Source: Thermoleophilia bacterium
GTDB lineage: Bacteria; Actinomycetota; Thermoleophilia; Gaiellales; Gaiellaceae
Direction of reading: 5' to 3'
DNA length: 64,000 nt
Assembly: GCA_031393705.1 (NCBI GenBank)
Contig: JANMWB010000078.1
Location: 879 to 64,878, forward strand
Part shown: piece by piece, positions 12,831 to 21,474 of the stretch
How positions within the stretch are numbered: the first letter of the stretch is position 1
How the letters are laid out: the number at the start of each line of letters is the position of its first letter
Notes under the pieces: generated by a model
The model's database searches: none
What the model was told of the DNA's origin: nothing
Seen by the model: only the letters and a program-made list of their open reading frames with translations
Program-made: the position numbers and the translations under genes

Positions 12831-12891
12831 CTCGGCAAAAGTGCAACATTTTTCCCCAGGCTCCTTCGGCGTTCGGCCGGCGCGTTCGCGG

Positions 12892-14280
12892 TTACGCGGG
12901 TGGGGTTCCCGCGACGGACGGCTCTGGCGGCGAAGCGCCCGCTTGCCCGAACGAGAGCACGGTGGCCGCCAGTGCGACGCACATGACAACCGCCGCTGCG
13001 CCGAGTGGGTGCACGCCGAGCCACGCGAGCACATTCTTCTGTCCCCAGGTGGCGATCGGGTCAGCGGTGCCGTGGCGTAGCAGTCCGGCAAGCCGTGCCC
13101 AGATCGTTCCGTGGAAACGATCGCTCGCGTTGACAGCTGTCGGCCACGTGAGCGCGACGGCTGTCGAGGCGACGACCGAAGCAGCGATCAGCGCGGCACC
13201 GAGGACGCGGAACCGTGCAAGGACGAGCGGCAGTCCGACTGCAAGAAACGGAAGCGCGGGTGCAATGAAGCGAGGGCCGGGCGAGTCGCCGCCGTATGGA
13301 TCGAAGTAGCCGCAGTTGAGGGCGAGGAATGCAAGCGCGACGATCGTGCATACCGCCGCCTCGGCACTGCGGCGTCGCCAAAGGAGCACGAGACCGCCGG
13401 CCGCTGCGACGAGCAGCGGCGAGTTGAAGAGCAACCCCTGGTCTCCCACGAAGACGAGCCGGATCGCGTGCCACGAGGGCGCGTGAATGCCGAAGAACCC
13501 GGCGGCCTGGTTCGCCGCGAACGCGTCTGCGACGTAGCGGTAGGACAAGTGGAACGGCGAGCCGAACGCCGCCCAGTTGTATGCGCCGAGCGCAAGCGTG
13601 GCCGGTAGCGCGCCGAGCAGGTAGCGGCCGAACGGGCGCCAGCCGGTCAGCAGGACGTATCCGGCGAGCACGAGCGCGACGAGCCCTGTCTCGTACTCGA
13701 CCAGCACCGCTGCGCCCGCGACGAGCCCGGCGAGGAACGGGCTGCGACGCCACGCGAGCAAGAACGCCGCGAACGCGAACGCAGCCGCCGGCACGTGAGC
13801 GAAGCCCGCCGAGGAAAGCGCAGCGGCCTCGGTGCCGAGCGCGAACGCAACGACGGCCGGCCCGCCCGTTCGCGGAGCAAGCCCTTCCGCGACGCGGCCG
13901 ACGAGGAACGCACAGAGGAGCAGCGCGAGCCCCTGGACGGCAACGCGCGTCGCCCAGACGCGGAAGTCGTAGCGGTAGTGCCAGTGTGAGGGATCGCGGA
14001 GCCTGACGGCTTCGGCGCTCGGGATCGCGAGGATCGACACTCCGGGAGCCTTGTCCGAGTAGAGGTGTCCGCGGTAGCTCGCGACGTCGACAGCCCCGTG
14101 CAGGCAGGTGTCGGCCGAGAGGTGACCGTGGACGGCAGCGCGGGTCAGACAAAGTCGCGACACGTCCTGCGCGCCGGGCGGATAGACGACGGTGAGGGCC
14201 GCCAACGCCACGAGCGTGAGGAGCAGAAGCTCGTGCCGCGGAGCCCGCCACGGCAGCTCGGTCGGCGTGGGGAACCGCAC
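12892..14280 (-). CDS. Polytopic membrane protein, putative GT-C fold glycosyltransferase (ArnT/PMT-like)
   Basis: 462-aa ORF with many hydrophobic segments. Early loop motif HLYSDKAPGVSILAIP resembles GT-C lipid-linked-sugar transferases. Family call rests on pattern recognition only. Confidence 0.55.
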   Translation of the reverse strand: MRFPTPTELPWRAPRHELLLLTLVALAALTVVYPPGAQDVSRLCLTRAAVHGHLSADTCLHGAVDVASYRGHLYSDKAPGVSILAIPSAEAVRLRDPSHWHYRYDFRVWATRVAVQGLALLLCAFLVGRVAEGLAPRTGGPAVVAFALGTEAAALSSAGFAHVPAAAFAFAAFLLAWRRSPFLAGLVAGAAVLVEYETGLVALVLAGYVLLTGWRPFGRYLLGALPATLALGAYNWAAFGSPFHLSYRYVADAFAANQAAGFFGIHAPSWHAIRLVFVGDQGLLFNSPLLVAAAGGLVLLWRRRSAEAAVCTIVALAFLALNCGYFDPYGGDSPGPRFIAPALPFLAVGLPLVLARFRVLGAALIAASVVASTAVALTWPTAVNASDRFHGTIWARLAGLLRHGTADPIATWGQKNVLAWLGVHPLGAAAVVMCVALAATVLSFGQAGASPPEPSVAGTPPA

Positions 14281-14370
14281 GGCGCGACTCTAGTGTGACA
14301 GCCGCAAAGAGCGCAAAATCCCGCATTTCATGCGACTTTCGGTGTCCGACTGCACCGCTAGATTGGGCGT

Positions 14371-15123
14371 GTGCCGGGCAAGGTCTACGCGTTCGCGAAC
14401 CAGAAGGGCGGAGTCGGCAAGACGACGACCGCGATCAACCTCGCCGCGTGCCTTGCGGAAGCCGGTGAGCGCGCCCTCGTGGTCGATCTCGACCCGCAGG
14501 CGAACGCGACGTCCGGTCTCGGCATGCGCGCGAACGGCACGTCGACGTACGACCTACTCGACGGTGCGCCGCTCGCCTCGCTCGCGAAGGCGACGAAGTG
14601 GGAGAACCTCTTCCTCGTCCCGTCGCGGCCCGAGCTCGCAGGCGCCGCGGTCGAACTCTCGCAGCGCGCGGATGGCGACCGCTACCTGGCCGACGCGCTC
14701 CAGCAGGCGGAGGGCTTCGACTTCGTGTTGCTCGATTGCCCGCCGTCGCTCGGCCCGCTGACGGTGAACGCGCTCGCGGCCGCCGATCGCGTGGTCGTGC
14801 CGGTCCAGACCGAGTACTACGCGCTCGAAGGCCTGGCGCAACTCGTGCAGTCGATCAACCTGATCAAGACGCGCCTGAACCCGAAGCTTTCGATTGCCGG
14901 CGTGCTCCTGACGATGGTCGACAGCCGGACGCGCCTCTCCGCAGACGTCGAGGCCGAGGTGCGCAAGCACTTCGGGAAGCTCGTCTTCGATGCGGTCGTG
15001 CCGCGTTCGGTTCGCGTTGCCGAGGCGCCGAGCCACGGCCTCCCGCTCACGCACTACGACCGGCGCTCGCGCGGCGCCGAGGCTTACTGGAAGGTGGCGA
15101 TGGAGCTTGTCGAGCGCCCCTAG
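14371..15123 (+). CDS. parA: Chromosome partitioning ATPase ParA/Soj
   Basis: GTG 14371. Deviant Walker A FANQKGGVGKTTTAINLA. 250 aa, followed by parB. Confidence 0.93.
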   Translation: MPGKVYAFANQKGGVGKTTTAINLAACLAEAGERALVVDLDPQANATSGLGMRANGTSTYDLLDGAPLASLAKATKWENLFLVPSRPELAGAAVELSQRADGDRYLADALQQAEGFDFVLLDCPPSLGPLTVNALAAADRVVVPVQTEYYALEGLAQLVQSINLIKTRLNPKLSIAGVLLTMVDSRTRLSADVEAEVRKHFGKLVFDAVVPRSVRVAEAPSHGLPLTHYDRRSRGAEAYWKVAMELVERP

Positions 15124-15946
15124 ACGCGGCCTCGGCCGCGGGTTCGAGGTGCTGATCGGCGGCGCGACGCCCGAGCTCGCGCACCTCGCCGTCGACGACA
15201 TCCATCCCAACGCCAAGCAGCCGCGGAAACGGTTTGACGGTGAAGCGGTCAGTGGGCTTGCCGAGTCGATCAAGGCACAGGGCCTGATCCAGCCCGTCGT
15301 CGTCCGGCCTCGGCTCGAAGGCGGGTACGAGCTGATTGCGGGCGAGCGCCGCTGGCGCGCCGCGCGCGAGGCAGGCCTCCCGACCGTCCCGGCGGTCGTG
15401 CGCGAAGCCGACGATCGCGACTCACTCTTGCTCGGGCTCGTCGAGAACGTCGCGCGCGAAGACCTCTCCCCGATCGAGGAAGCCCGCGCCTACGCCGTGC
15501 TGATCGACGAGTTCGGCCTCTCGCTCGGTGAGGTTGCCGACCGCGTCGGCAAGTCGAAGCCCACGGTCTCGAACCGCATCCGCCTGCTTGAGCTGCCCGA
15601 GGACGTGCTCGCGATGATCGGCCGGAACGAGCTGACCGAGGGCCATGCCCGCGCGGTCCTCTCGGTGCCGGACCAGGACGAGCGCCGCCGGCTGGCCAAG
15701 CGCATCGTCCGCGAGGGCCTCTCGGTGCGCGCCGCGGAACGCGCAGCTCGCTGGGCGGGCGCCAAGACGAAGGAACGCCGGGTGACCGCGGTCGATCCCG
15801 CCATCGCGGCGCGGATCAAGGACGCGATCCGGCTCCTCACAGGGTTCGAGGCGAAGGTCGGCACGGCCGGCCTGACGATTCCAGTCGACGGCGACGTCCA
15901 GCTCGAGGAGCTGGCCGAGGCCCTCGAACGGCTCGGCACGCCGTAA
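15107..15946 (+). CDS. parB: Chromosome partitioning protein ParB/Spo0J
   Basis: TTG 15107 within track ORF 14990..15946. RRGLGRGFEVLIGG N-terminus, ParB box YELIAGERRWRAA, HTH LSLGEVADRVGKSKPTVSNRIRLLEL. Confidence 0.9.
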   Translation: MSSAPRRGLGRGFEVLIGGATPELAHLAVDDIHPNAKQPRKRFDGEAVSGLAESIKAQGLIQPVVVRPRLEGGYELIAGERRWRAAREAGLPTVPAVVREADDRDSLLLGLVENVAREDLSPIEEARAYAVLIDEFGLSLGEVADRVGKSKPTVSNRIRLLELPEDVLAMIGRNELTEGHARAVLSVPDQDERRRLAKRIVREGLSVRAAERAARWAGAKTKERRVTAVDPAIAARIKDAIRLLTGFEAKVGTAGLTIPVDGDVQLEELAEALERLGTP

Positions 15947-15992
15947 GCCCCGGAACCCGTAACCGGCACGGAGCCCCGCTCGTTGCACCTGT

Positions 15993-16241
15993 GTGGACGG
16001 GCTCTGGCTTCAAGACATCGAATCGCTCGAGGCGATCTCGCAGGATGAGGAAACGCGCAAGCTGTTCCTGCGGATGGCCTATCTGAGCCAGAACGGGCGT
16101 CTGCAGCCGTTTCTCCGCGAGCTCGAGGACGACCGTGAGCTCGACGACCACACCAAGGAGACGCTCGCCGAGCTTGCTTCCGACGGCAGTTTCCTTCATG
16201 CGGTTGAGGACTACGTCCACCGCACACGCGCGCTCCACTAG
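15993..16241 (+). CDS. Hypothetical acidic 82-aa protein
   Basis: GTG 15993. Third codon positions are mostly G/C, as in neighbouring genes. No family recognised. Confidence 0.5.
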   Translation: MDGLWLQDIESLEAISQDEETRKLFLRMAYLSQNGRLQPFLRELEDDRELDDHTKETLAELASDGSFLHAVEDYVHRTRALH

Positions 16242-16251
16242 CGTGGGGCCG

Positions 16252-16896
16252 ATGGAGCCGCACGACAACGAGACTGCCGTCTTTGAGGCTGCGGCGTTCG
16301 AGGTTCCGCCGGCCGCCGAGTCGCCTGCGACCTGGGGCGAGGCGACGCCGCGCTACTTCGGAGTCACGCCTCATGGTCTCGCCGCGGTGGTTGCCGCGTT
16401 CGCGTTCGGGGCCGGCGTTGTGCTGCTCGTCTCCGGATATGTGCTCGCCGGTGTGCTGCTGATCGTGGCGGCGGCCTTGCTTGCCGTGGTGTACGCCGAG
16501 CAGGCCCGCCGGCGGAGGGACTCCGCGTTCGACCGAATCGCGGCCACGGCGGTCGACCACACGCGTGCGCTGGCCGGCTTCACCAGTTCGTCGGTGCGTG
16601 CCTGGACGGGCGCGGGTCGCGAGCTCGCGCGCCTGCGTCTCGAGGCCAACCGCCGAGCGAAGGAGCGGACACAGCTCCAGTACGCACTCGGAGGAGCGGT
16701 GTACGCCGGGGACAACATCGAAGCAGAGCGGCTCCAGGCCGAGTTGCGCGGCGCAGACGCCCGCATCGCCGCCTGCGTCGCGGAGGCGAACGACGTCGTC
16801 GAACGGATGCGCACTGCGAGAGCGCACGAACGGCTCGCAGTTGCCGCGACCGAAGTTCGTAGCCCTGCTGACGGCCCAACCGACCACGCCGCCTGA
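16252..16896 (+). CDS. Hypothetical membrane protein with helical R/E/A-rich tail
   Basis: ATG 16252 chosen within ORF 16135..16896. Hydrophobic stretch GLAAVVAAFAFGAGVVLLVSGYVLAGVLLIVAAALLAVVY, followed by coiled-coil-like sequence. Confidence 0.55.
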   Translation: MEPHDNETAVFEAAAFEVPPAAESPATWGEATPRYFGVTPHGLAAVVAAFAFGAGVVLLVSGYVLAGVLLIVAAALLAVVYAEQARRRRDSAFDRIAATAVDHTRALAGFTSSSVRAWTGAGRELARLRLEANRRAKERTQLQYALGGAVYAGDNIEAERLQAELRGADARIAACVAEANDVVERMRTARAHERLAVAATEVRSPADGPTDHAA

Positions 16897-16910
16897 GCGG
16901 CGCATGGACA

Positions 16911-16930
16911 TTCCCGCTCCGCGGCGGGAA
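16911..16930 (+). terminator. Stem-loop TTCCCGC-N6-GCGGGAA
   Basis: 7-bp perfect stem 15 nt after the stop at 16896. A second hairpin GGACGG-N8-CCGTCC lies at 16934-16953. No U-tract. Confidence 0.3.
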
Positions 16931-16982
16931 GATGGACGGAGGGACCACCGTCCTGTCGGTGACCTGACAAAAGGGAGGAACC

Positions 16983-17357
16983 ATGTCGGAGCACGACGAG
17001 TTCGGTTCTGCAGGGACAGAAGACGACAACACGGATGAAGCCGACGTCGAGGCCCACGGCCTCAAGGAGGTTGCGATCACGGGACTGTCTGCAGCCGCGA
17101 TGATCGTTGGTGCCGGCGACGCGCTCGCCGCCAACGCGCCGGAGCATGCATCCGCAGCTGCGAAGCAGGCGGTGCACAAGATCGACGCGGGGAACAAGAG
17201 CGCTGCGGTGAGCAAGCAAGCCGTCAGCAAGGACGCCGTGTACAAGGGCGCCGCAGTCCAGAAAGGCGCAACGTTCAAGGGCGACGCCGCCAGCAAGTGG
17301 TCCGTCTCGAAGGAGGCGGTCGATCCCTCGTCCAGGCGGGGCCGGGACGCGAGCTGA
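16983..17357 (+). CDS. Hypothetical 124-aa protein: acidic N-terminus, hydrophobic segment, Lys/Ala/Val repeats
   Basis: ATG 16983 with GGGAGG about 4 nt upstream. Repetitive AAKQAVHKIDAGNKSAAVSKQAVSKDAVYKGAAVQKGATFKGDAASKWSVSKEAV. Confidence 0.55.
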   Translation: MSEHDEFGSAGTEDDNTDEADVEAHGLKEVAITGLSAAAMIVGAGDALAANAPEHASAAAKQAVHKIDAGNKSAAVSKQAVSKDAVYKGAAVQKGATFKGDAASKWSVSKEAVDPSSRRGRDAS

Positions 17358-17363
17358 GGTTTC

Positions 17364-18713
17364 GTGACGACCGTCGCACAGGTGGCTCTGCGCGACGTCT
17401 TCGCCTGCGCCGGCTACAAGCAGGAAGCGCTGGCGCAGGCGCTCCACGTCGACGAGCCGGTCGACGCCACCGCGGCGCGGGCGAACGTAGGGAGGCTCGG
17501 CGGGTCACCGCTCGGCACGCTCGTCAGGCTGTTTCTGGCCGGGGAAGCACTGCCGCGCGCGACGGTTGCCGAGGCACTCGTTGTCGAGGCCGCGGTGGCC
17601 GTGGGACTGCTCGAGGGCGAGGACGAGCTCTCGGCGCCCTTCGCCGTCGACGAGTGGCAGGGCCGCTACCTGGCGCACGATCACCATGCGCAGGTGGAGT
17701 TCGACCACGTCACGGGAATCAGCAACGCGACGCGGACGCTCGCCGCGCTCACCCCACGACGGCCAGTGCGTCGTGCGCTCGATCTCGGTACCGGCTGCGG
17801 CTCGCAGGCGCTGCTCGCAGCACGCCACGCAGACCAGGTCGTGGCAACCGACGTCACGGAACGTGCGCTTCGGGTCGCACGTCTGAACCTCGAGCTGAAC
17901 GACGTCACGAACGTCGAGCTGCGGCACGGGAGCCTGTTCGAGCCGGTCGGAGGCGAGCGCTTCGATCTGATCGTGTCCAACCCGCCGTTCGTCGTCTCCC
18001 CTGACACCGATGTCGTGTTCCGGGATGCGGGGCTCGAGGGCGACGAGATCTCGCGCCTCGTCGTGCGTGGCGCCGCAGAGCATCTGGAGCCGGGCGGCCA
18101 GGCGGCGATGCTGATCTGCTGGGCTCATGGCGCGGAGGACGATTGGCGCGACCGCGTACGCGCCTGGCTCCACGGGACCGGATGCGACGCGTGGCTCGTG
18201 AGGTACGTGACCGAGGACCCGCTCGAGTACGCCCTGAAGTGGGCGGCCGAGGAAGCAGCAGGTCGCTGGACCGACTACTACGACGCGGCCGCGATCGGAG
18301 CGTTGACGACCGGGGGCCTCGTGCTCCGCAAGCGGGCAGACGACGCGGCCGGCCGCGTCGCAACGGCGGACGCAGAGTCGGGGCCGACCGGCTCGGCGAG
18401 CGACCAGATCGAGCGGGTGTTCGACGCACTCGACTTCCAAGGAGACCTGCGCGAGGAGCGGTTGCGCCTCGCACCGCACGTGCTCGACGAACAACTTGCC
18501 TGGATGGACGGCGCCTACCGGCACGTGCGACTGGCGATCCGCCTGGACGCCGGCGCCGGTGTCGAGGTGAAGGTCGACCCAGCCGCCTTGCCCGCGTTGT
18601 TTGCGCTCGACGGATCGAGTCGGGTCCGTGAGCTCCCCGGTGCGGACGCCGCGCTACCGACGATCCGGCGACTGTTCGAAGCCGGGTTCGTCGGGCGCGT
18701 TCAAGCCTCTTAG
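17364..18713 (+). CDS. Class I SAM-dependent methyltransferase (NPPF motif, HemK/PrmC-like core)
   Basis: GTG 17364 with GAGG 5 nt upstream. LDLGTGCGSQALL SAM-binding loop and DLIVSNPPFV catalytic motif. Long N- and C-terminal extensions. Confidence 0.8.
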   Translation: MTTVAQVALRDVFACAGYKQEALAQALHVDEPVDATAARANVGRLGGSPLGTLVRLFLAGEALPRATVAEALVVEAAVAVGLLEGEDELSAPFAVDEWQGRYLAHDHHAQVEFDHVTGISNATRTLAALTPRRPVRRALDLGTGCGSQALLAARHADQVVATDVTERALRVARLNLELNDVTNVELRHGSLFEPVGGERFDLIVSNPPFVVSPDTDVVFRDAGLEGDEISRLVVRGAAEHLEPGGQAAMLICWAHGAEDDWRDRVRAWLHGTGCDAWLVRYVTEDPLEYALKWAAEEAAGRWTDYYDAAAIGALTTGGLVLRKRADDAAGRVATADAESGPTGSASDQIERVFDALDFQGDLREERLRLAPHVLDEQLAWMDGAYRHVRLAIRLDAGAGVEVKVDPAALPALFALDGSSRVRELPGADAALPTIRRLFEAGFVGRVQAS

Positions 18714-18787
<74 letters not shown>

Positions 18788-18848
18788 GCGCGAGCGCGCA
18801 TACTAGCGCCCTAGCGTCTGCCTCACAGGCCGGGGGTAATCTAAGCCG

Positions 18849-19397
18849 ATGGTCGAGATGTCGATCTACGGAGTCTCCTTCGACCTCGTCGGCAAGCAGC
18901 CGATCGTGCTCCTGAAGACGGCCGAGGGGAATCGCTATCTCCCGATCTGGATCGGCCACTCCGAGGCGGCCGCGATCCTGATGAAGCTGCAGGGTGCGGT
19001 TGCACCGCGGCCGCTCACACACGACCTGCTCGTGAACATGCTGGGCGAGCTCGACGTGGACGTCGTCCGCGTCACCGTCACGGAACTGCGCGAGAACACC
19101 TTCCACGCGTCGATCACGATCGCGCAGAACGGAGCCGAGGTCGAAATCGACGCCCGCTCCTCCGACGCGATCGCAATCGCCGTTCGAGCGCAGGCTCCGA
19201 TCTATGCCGCCGACGACGTGATCGAGGAGTCGGCGATCGAGATGGAAGGCGACGAGGTGAACGAGGAAGAGATCGTCGACGAGTTCAAGAGGTTCCTCGA
19301 CAAGGTGTCCGCAGAAGACTTCGTCGAGGCCGAGGTCGAAGGCGACGTCGAGGACGTCGAAGCCGAGACCGACGACGACGACGCCGACGAGAGTTAG
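18849..19397 (+). CDS. Bifunctional nuclease family protein (DUF151)
   Basis: GKQPIVLLKTAEGNRYLPIWIGHSEAAAI and PRPLTHDLL match the BFN/DUF151 pattern. Strongly acidic C-terminal tail. Confidence 0.85.
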   Translation: MVEMSIYGVSFDLVGKQPIVLLKTAEGNRYLPIWIGHSEAAAILMKLQGAVAPRPLTHDLLVNMLGELDVDVVRVTVTELRENTFHASITIAQNGAEVEIDARSSDAIAIAVRAQAPIYAADDVIEESAIEMEGDEVNEEEIVDEFKRFLDKVSAEDFVEAEVEGDVEDVEAETDDDDADES

Positions 19398-19400
19398 CTC

Positions 19401-19664
19401 TCAGCCGACTTCGCGTTTGGTGAGCGCGAGCAGCTCGGCGCACAACGCACGCAGCCCCGCTTCCGTCAACGGGCCACGGTTCTTGCTCGCTTGCTCTGCG
19501 AGCAGCGCCGCTTCACGATCCGGGTCGACGAACGCGATCCCGTGCTCGTCCTTGTGGCGCTTGATCTCTGCCGCGATCTCGAGCCGCCGGTTGAACGCTT
19601 CGACGATCGACCGGTCGATCTCGGAAATCTGCCGGCGCAACTCCGCGAGGACGGGATCGGTCAT
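19401..19664 (-). CDS. Chorismate mutase (AroQ class)
   Basis: 87 aa from ATG 19664. LRRQISEIDRSIVEAFNRRLEIAAEIKRHK. The upstream part of track ORF 19401..20216 overlaps the CPBP gene and is discounted. Confidence 0.85.
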   Translation of the reverse strand: MTDPVLAELRRQISEIDRSIVEAFNRRLEIAAEIKRHKDEHGIAFVDPDREAALLAEQASKNRGPLTEAGLRALCAELLALTKREVG

Positions 19665-19675
19665 ACCCGCGAAAG

Positions 19676-20359
19676 CTAACGGTGCACGGTGACGGCTGCC
19701 ACGAGCGCGACGAGGTTGAACGTGCCGTGCAGGAGCATCCCGGGGAAGACGCTGTCCGTCTGTTCGCGGATCCACGCCAGCACACAGCCGAACACGATGA
19801 TGATCGGGAGCGAGAGCACGAGCCCGTGCGAGAGGCCGAACAGCAGTCCGGTACCGAGGATCGCGACCCACGCGCCGTACGGGCGAAGCAGGGAGAACCC
19901 GAGCCCGCGGAAGGTCACCTCCTCGACGAAGGGGACGAGTGTGCAGACGATGACGCCGTTCACGGCGTACGCCGCTGCGTGGCTCGGCTGCCACTTGTCC
20001 GGGGTGAGCCCCTGCTCGTTGCCGGGGTGCGCCAGGGCGATGTAGACGAATTCGAAGATCTGAACGGTGAAGAAGCCCCCGACGATCAGGCCGACGGCGC
20101 GCCACTTCAGCTGCGGCAGCCGGAGGCCGAGCCGCTCGACGCTGAACCCGGCGATTGCGAGCACGACCAACAGGAAGATCGCCTCCTGGACGACCGAGCC
20201 GGCCGCGAACGACCACTTGTAGAGCGGGTCGATCTGGGACGAGCCGGTGGAGCGGCCCGCGTACTGGACGATGATGAAGAAGGCGATCAGCGCGAACCAG
20301 AGCGCGAGCCGCCGCCGTTCGTCCCTACGATGCGGCTCGATGGCCGAGCGTTCGTTCAC
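19676..20359 (-). CDS. CPBP (CAAX) family intramembrane metalloprotease
   Basis: Motifs EEVTFRG, FGLSHG and HGTFN within a polytopic protein. GTG 20359 is the only canonical start upstream of the first TM segment. Confidence 0.8.
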   Translation of the reverse strand: MNERSAIEPHRRDERRRLALWFALIAFFIIVQYAGRSTGSSQIDPLYKWSFAAGSVVQEAIFLLVVLAIAGFSVERLGLRLPQLKWRAVGLIVGGFFTVQIFEFVYIALAHPGNEQGLTPDKWQPSHAAAYAVNGVIVCTLVPFVEEVTFRGLGFSLLRPYGAWVAILGTGLLFGLSHGLVLSLPIIIVFGCVLAWIREQTDSVFPGMLLHGTFNLVALVAAVTVHR

Positions 20360-20750
20360 TCCTGACGAGGCTAACAACGCCCTCGCCGAAGTGCGGGTTG
20401 TCGCGGAGCGGCTCGTGACGGTACGCGCGCGGATGCGCGAGCTCGAGCACTCGCAGGGGGAGCTCGTGCTCGCGATCGGCGGGAACGGCGGCGGGTACGC
20501 CGCCACCGACCTGAACGAGGCCCAGACGGAGCTCGGGGGCCTGGCGGATGTGGCACTTGCGTGTGTCGAGAAGCTCGAGGAGCTGGGGGTCGTCCTCAAG
20601 GACCTCGACCTCGGCTTGCTCGACTTCCCGTCGGTTCGGGAAGGCGACGAGGTGTTGCTCTGCTGGCAGGTTGGGGAAGACTCGGTCACGTCCTGGCATG
20701 GCCTCGACGAAGGCTATGCCGGGCGGAAACTGATCGACTGGAGCGAATAG
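20340..20750 (+). CDS. DUF2203 family protein
   Basis: ATG 20340 (MAERSFTPDEANNALAEV...). C-terminal GLLDFPSVREGDEVLLCWQVGEDSVTSWH fits the DUF2203 pattern. Confidence 0.8.
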   Translation: MAERSFTPDEANNALAEVRVVAERLVTVRARMRELEHSQGELVLAIGGNGGGYAATDLNEAQTELGGLADVALACVEKLEELGVVLKDLDLGLLDFPSVREGDEVLLCWQVGEDSVTSWHGLDEGYAGRKLIDWSE

Positions 20751-20757
20751 ACCGACT

Positions 20758-21474
20758 GTGTCCCAGTTCTGGCAGAGAGCACTGATCGCCGGCAGCGTGA
20801 TTGTCGTCACTGTCGCGATTGCGAAGATCGTCGACTGGCGCATCGCGCGTCGCGACCTTGCGCCCGGCTCCGCGACGCGCTACCGGGTGCTGCGCAAGAC
20901 GCTCGTCACGGTGATCGTGTTCGTCGGCGTCATGTCGGCGCTGCTCGTGATTCCGCCCGTGCGCGCCCTGGCCGGCGGCATCCTGGCGTCGTCGGCGGTG
21001 CTCGGGCTCGTGATCGGGTTCGCCTCCCAGCGCACGATCGGCAACGTCGTCGCCGGCATCCTGATCGCGATCACCCAGCCGCTCCGCCTCGGCGACCGCG
21101 TCACGGTCGAGGACACCGAAGGAATCGTCGAGGAGATCGGCCTCACCTACACCTGGATCCGCACGCGTGACAACGATCGCCTCGTCGTGCCGAACGAGCG
21201 GCTGGCCTCCGAGAGCATCCGCAACTCGACGATCCGCAGTGAGGAGACCCTGGCGGAGGTGCAGGTCCAGGTTCCGGCCGCCGCCGACCTGCGTGCTGTG
21301 GTGAACTCTTTGCAGCAAGACGGCGAAGAGGTGTATGTGACCGACCTCGGGGACAAAGCCACGATCGTGATTCGGAAACGAGTCCCGCGCGAGCGTGACA
21401 CCGACCGTGCAGAGAGCGACCTGCGGCTCAGCGTCGCCGAGCGCCTGAAGGCGGCAGGAGCGATCGGGCCATGA
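20758..21474 (+). CDS. Mechanosensitive ion channel family protein (MscS-like)
   Basis: TM helices followed by PLRLGDRVTVEDTEGIVEEIGLTYTWIRTRDNDRLVVPN, the MscS beta-domain signature. Confidence 0.85.
   Translation: MSQFWQRALIAGSVIVVTVAIAKIVDWRIARRDLAPGSATRYRVLRKTLVTVIVFVGVMSALLVIPPVRALAGGILASSAVLGLVIGFASQRTIGNVVAGILIAITQPLRLGDRVTVEDTEGIVEEIGLTYTWIRTRDNDRLVVPNERLASESIRNSTIRSEETLAEVQVQVPAAADLRAVVNSLQQDGEEVYVTDLGDKATIVIRKRVPRERDTDRAESDLRLSVAERLKAAGAIGP

Noticed and set aside
12706-13080. Track ORFs crossing the rsmG/GT-C spacer (12706..13080 +, 12710..13024 -, 12738..12986 +).
   Set aside because: They are Arg/Pro-rich, lack RBSs, and mostly overlap the 3' end of the GT-C-like gene. I treat them as non-coding.
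13096-13115. GTTCCGTGGAAAC near the 3' part of the GT-C-like gene, superficially parS- or palindrome-like.
   Set aside because: It is one base short of the parS core, is not a true palindrome, and lies inside coding sequence.
15992-16000. DnaA-box-like TGTGGACGG at the start of the 82-aa ORF.
   Set aside because: It is a single 7/9 match overlapping a start codon, which is expected by chance in this composition.
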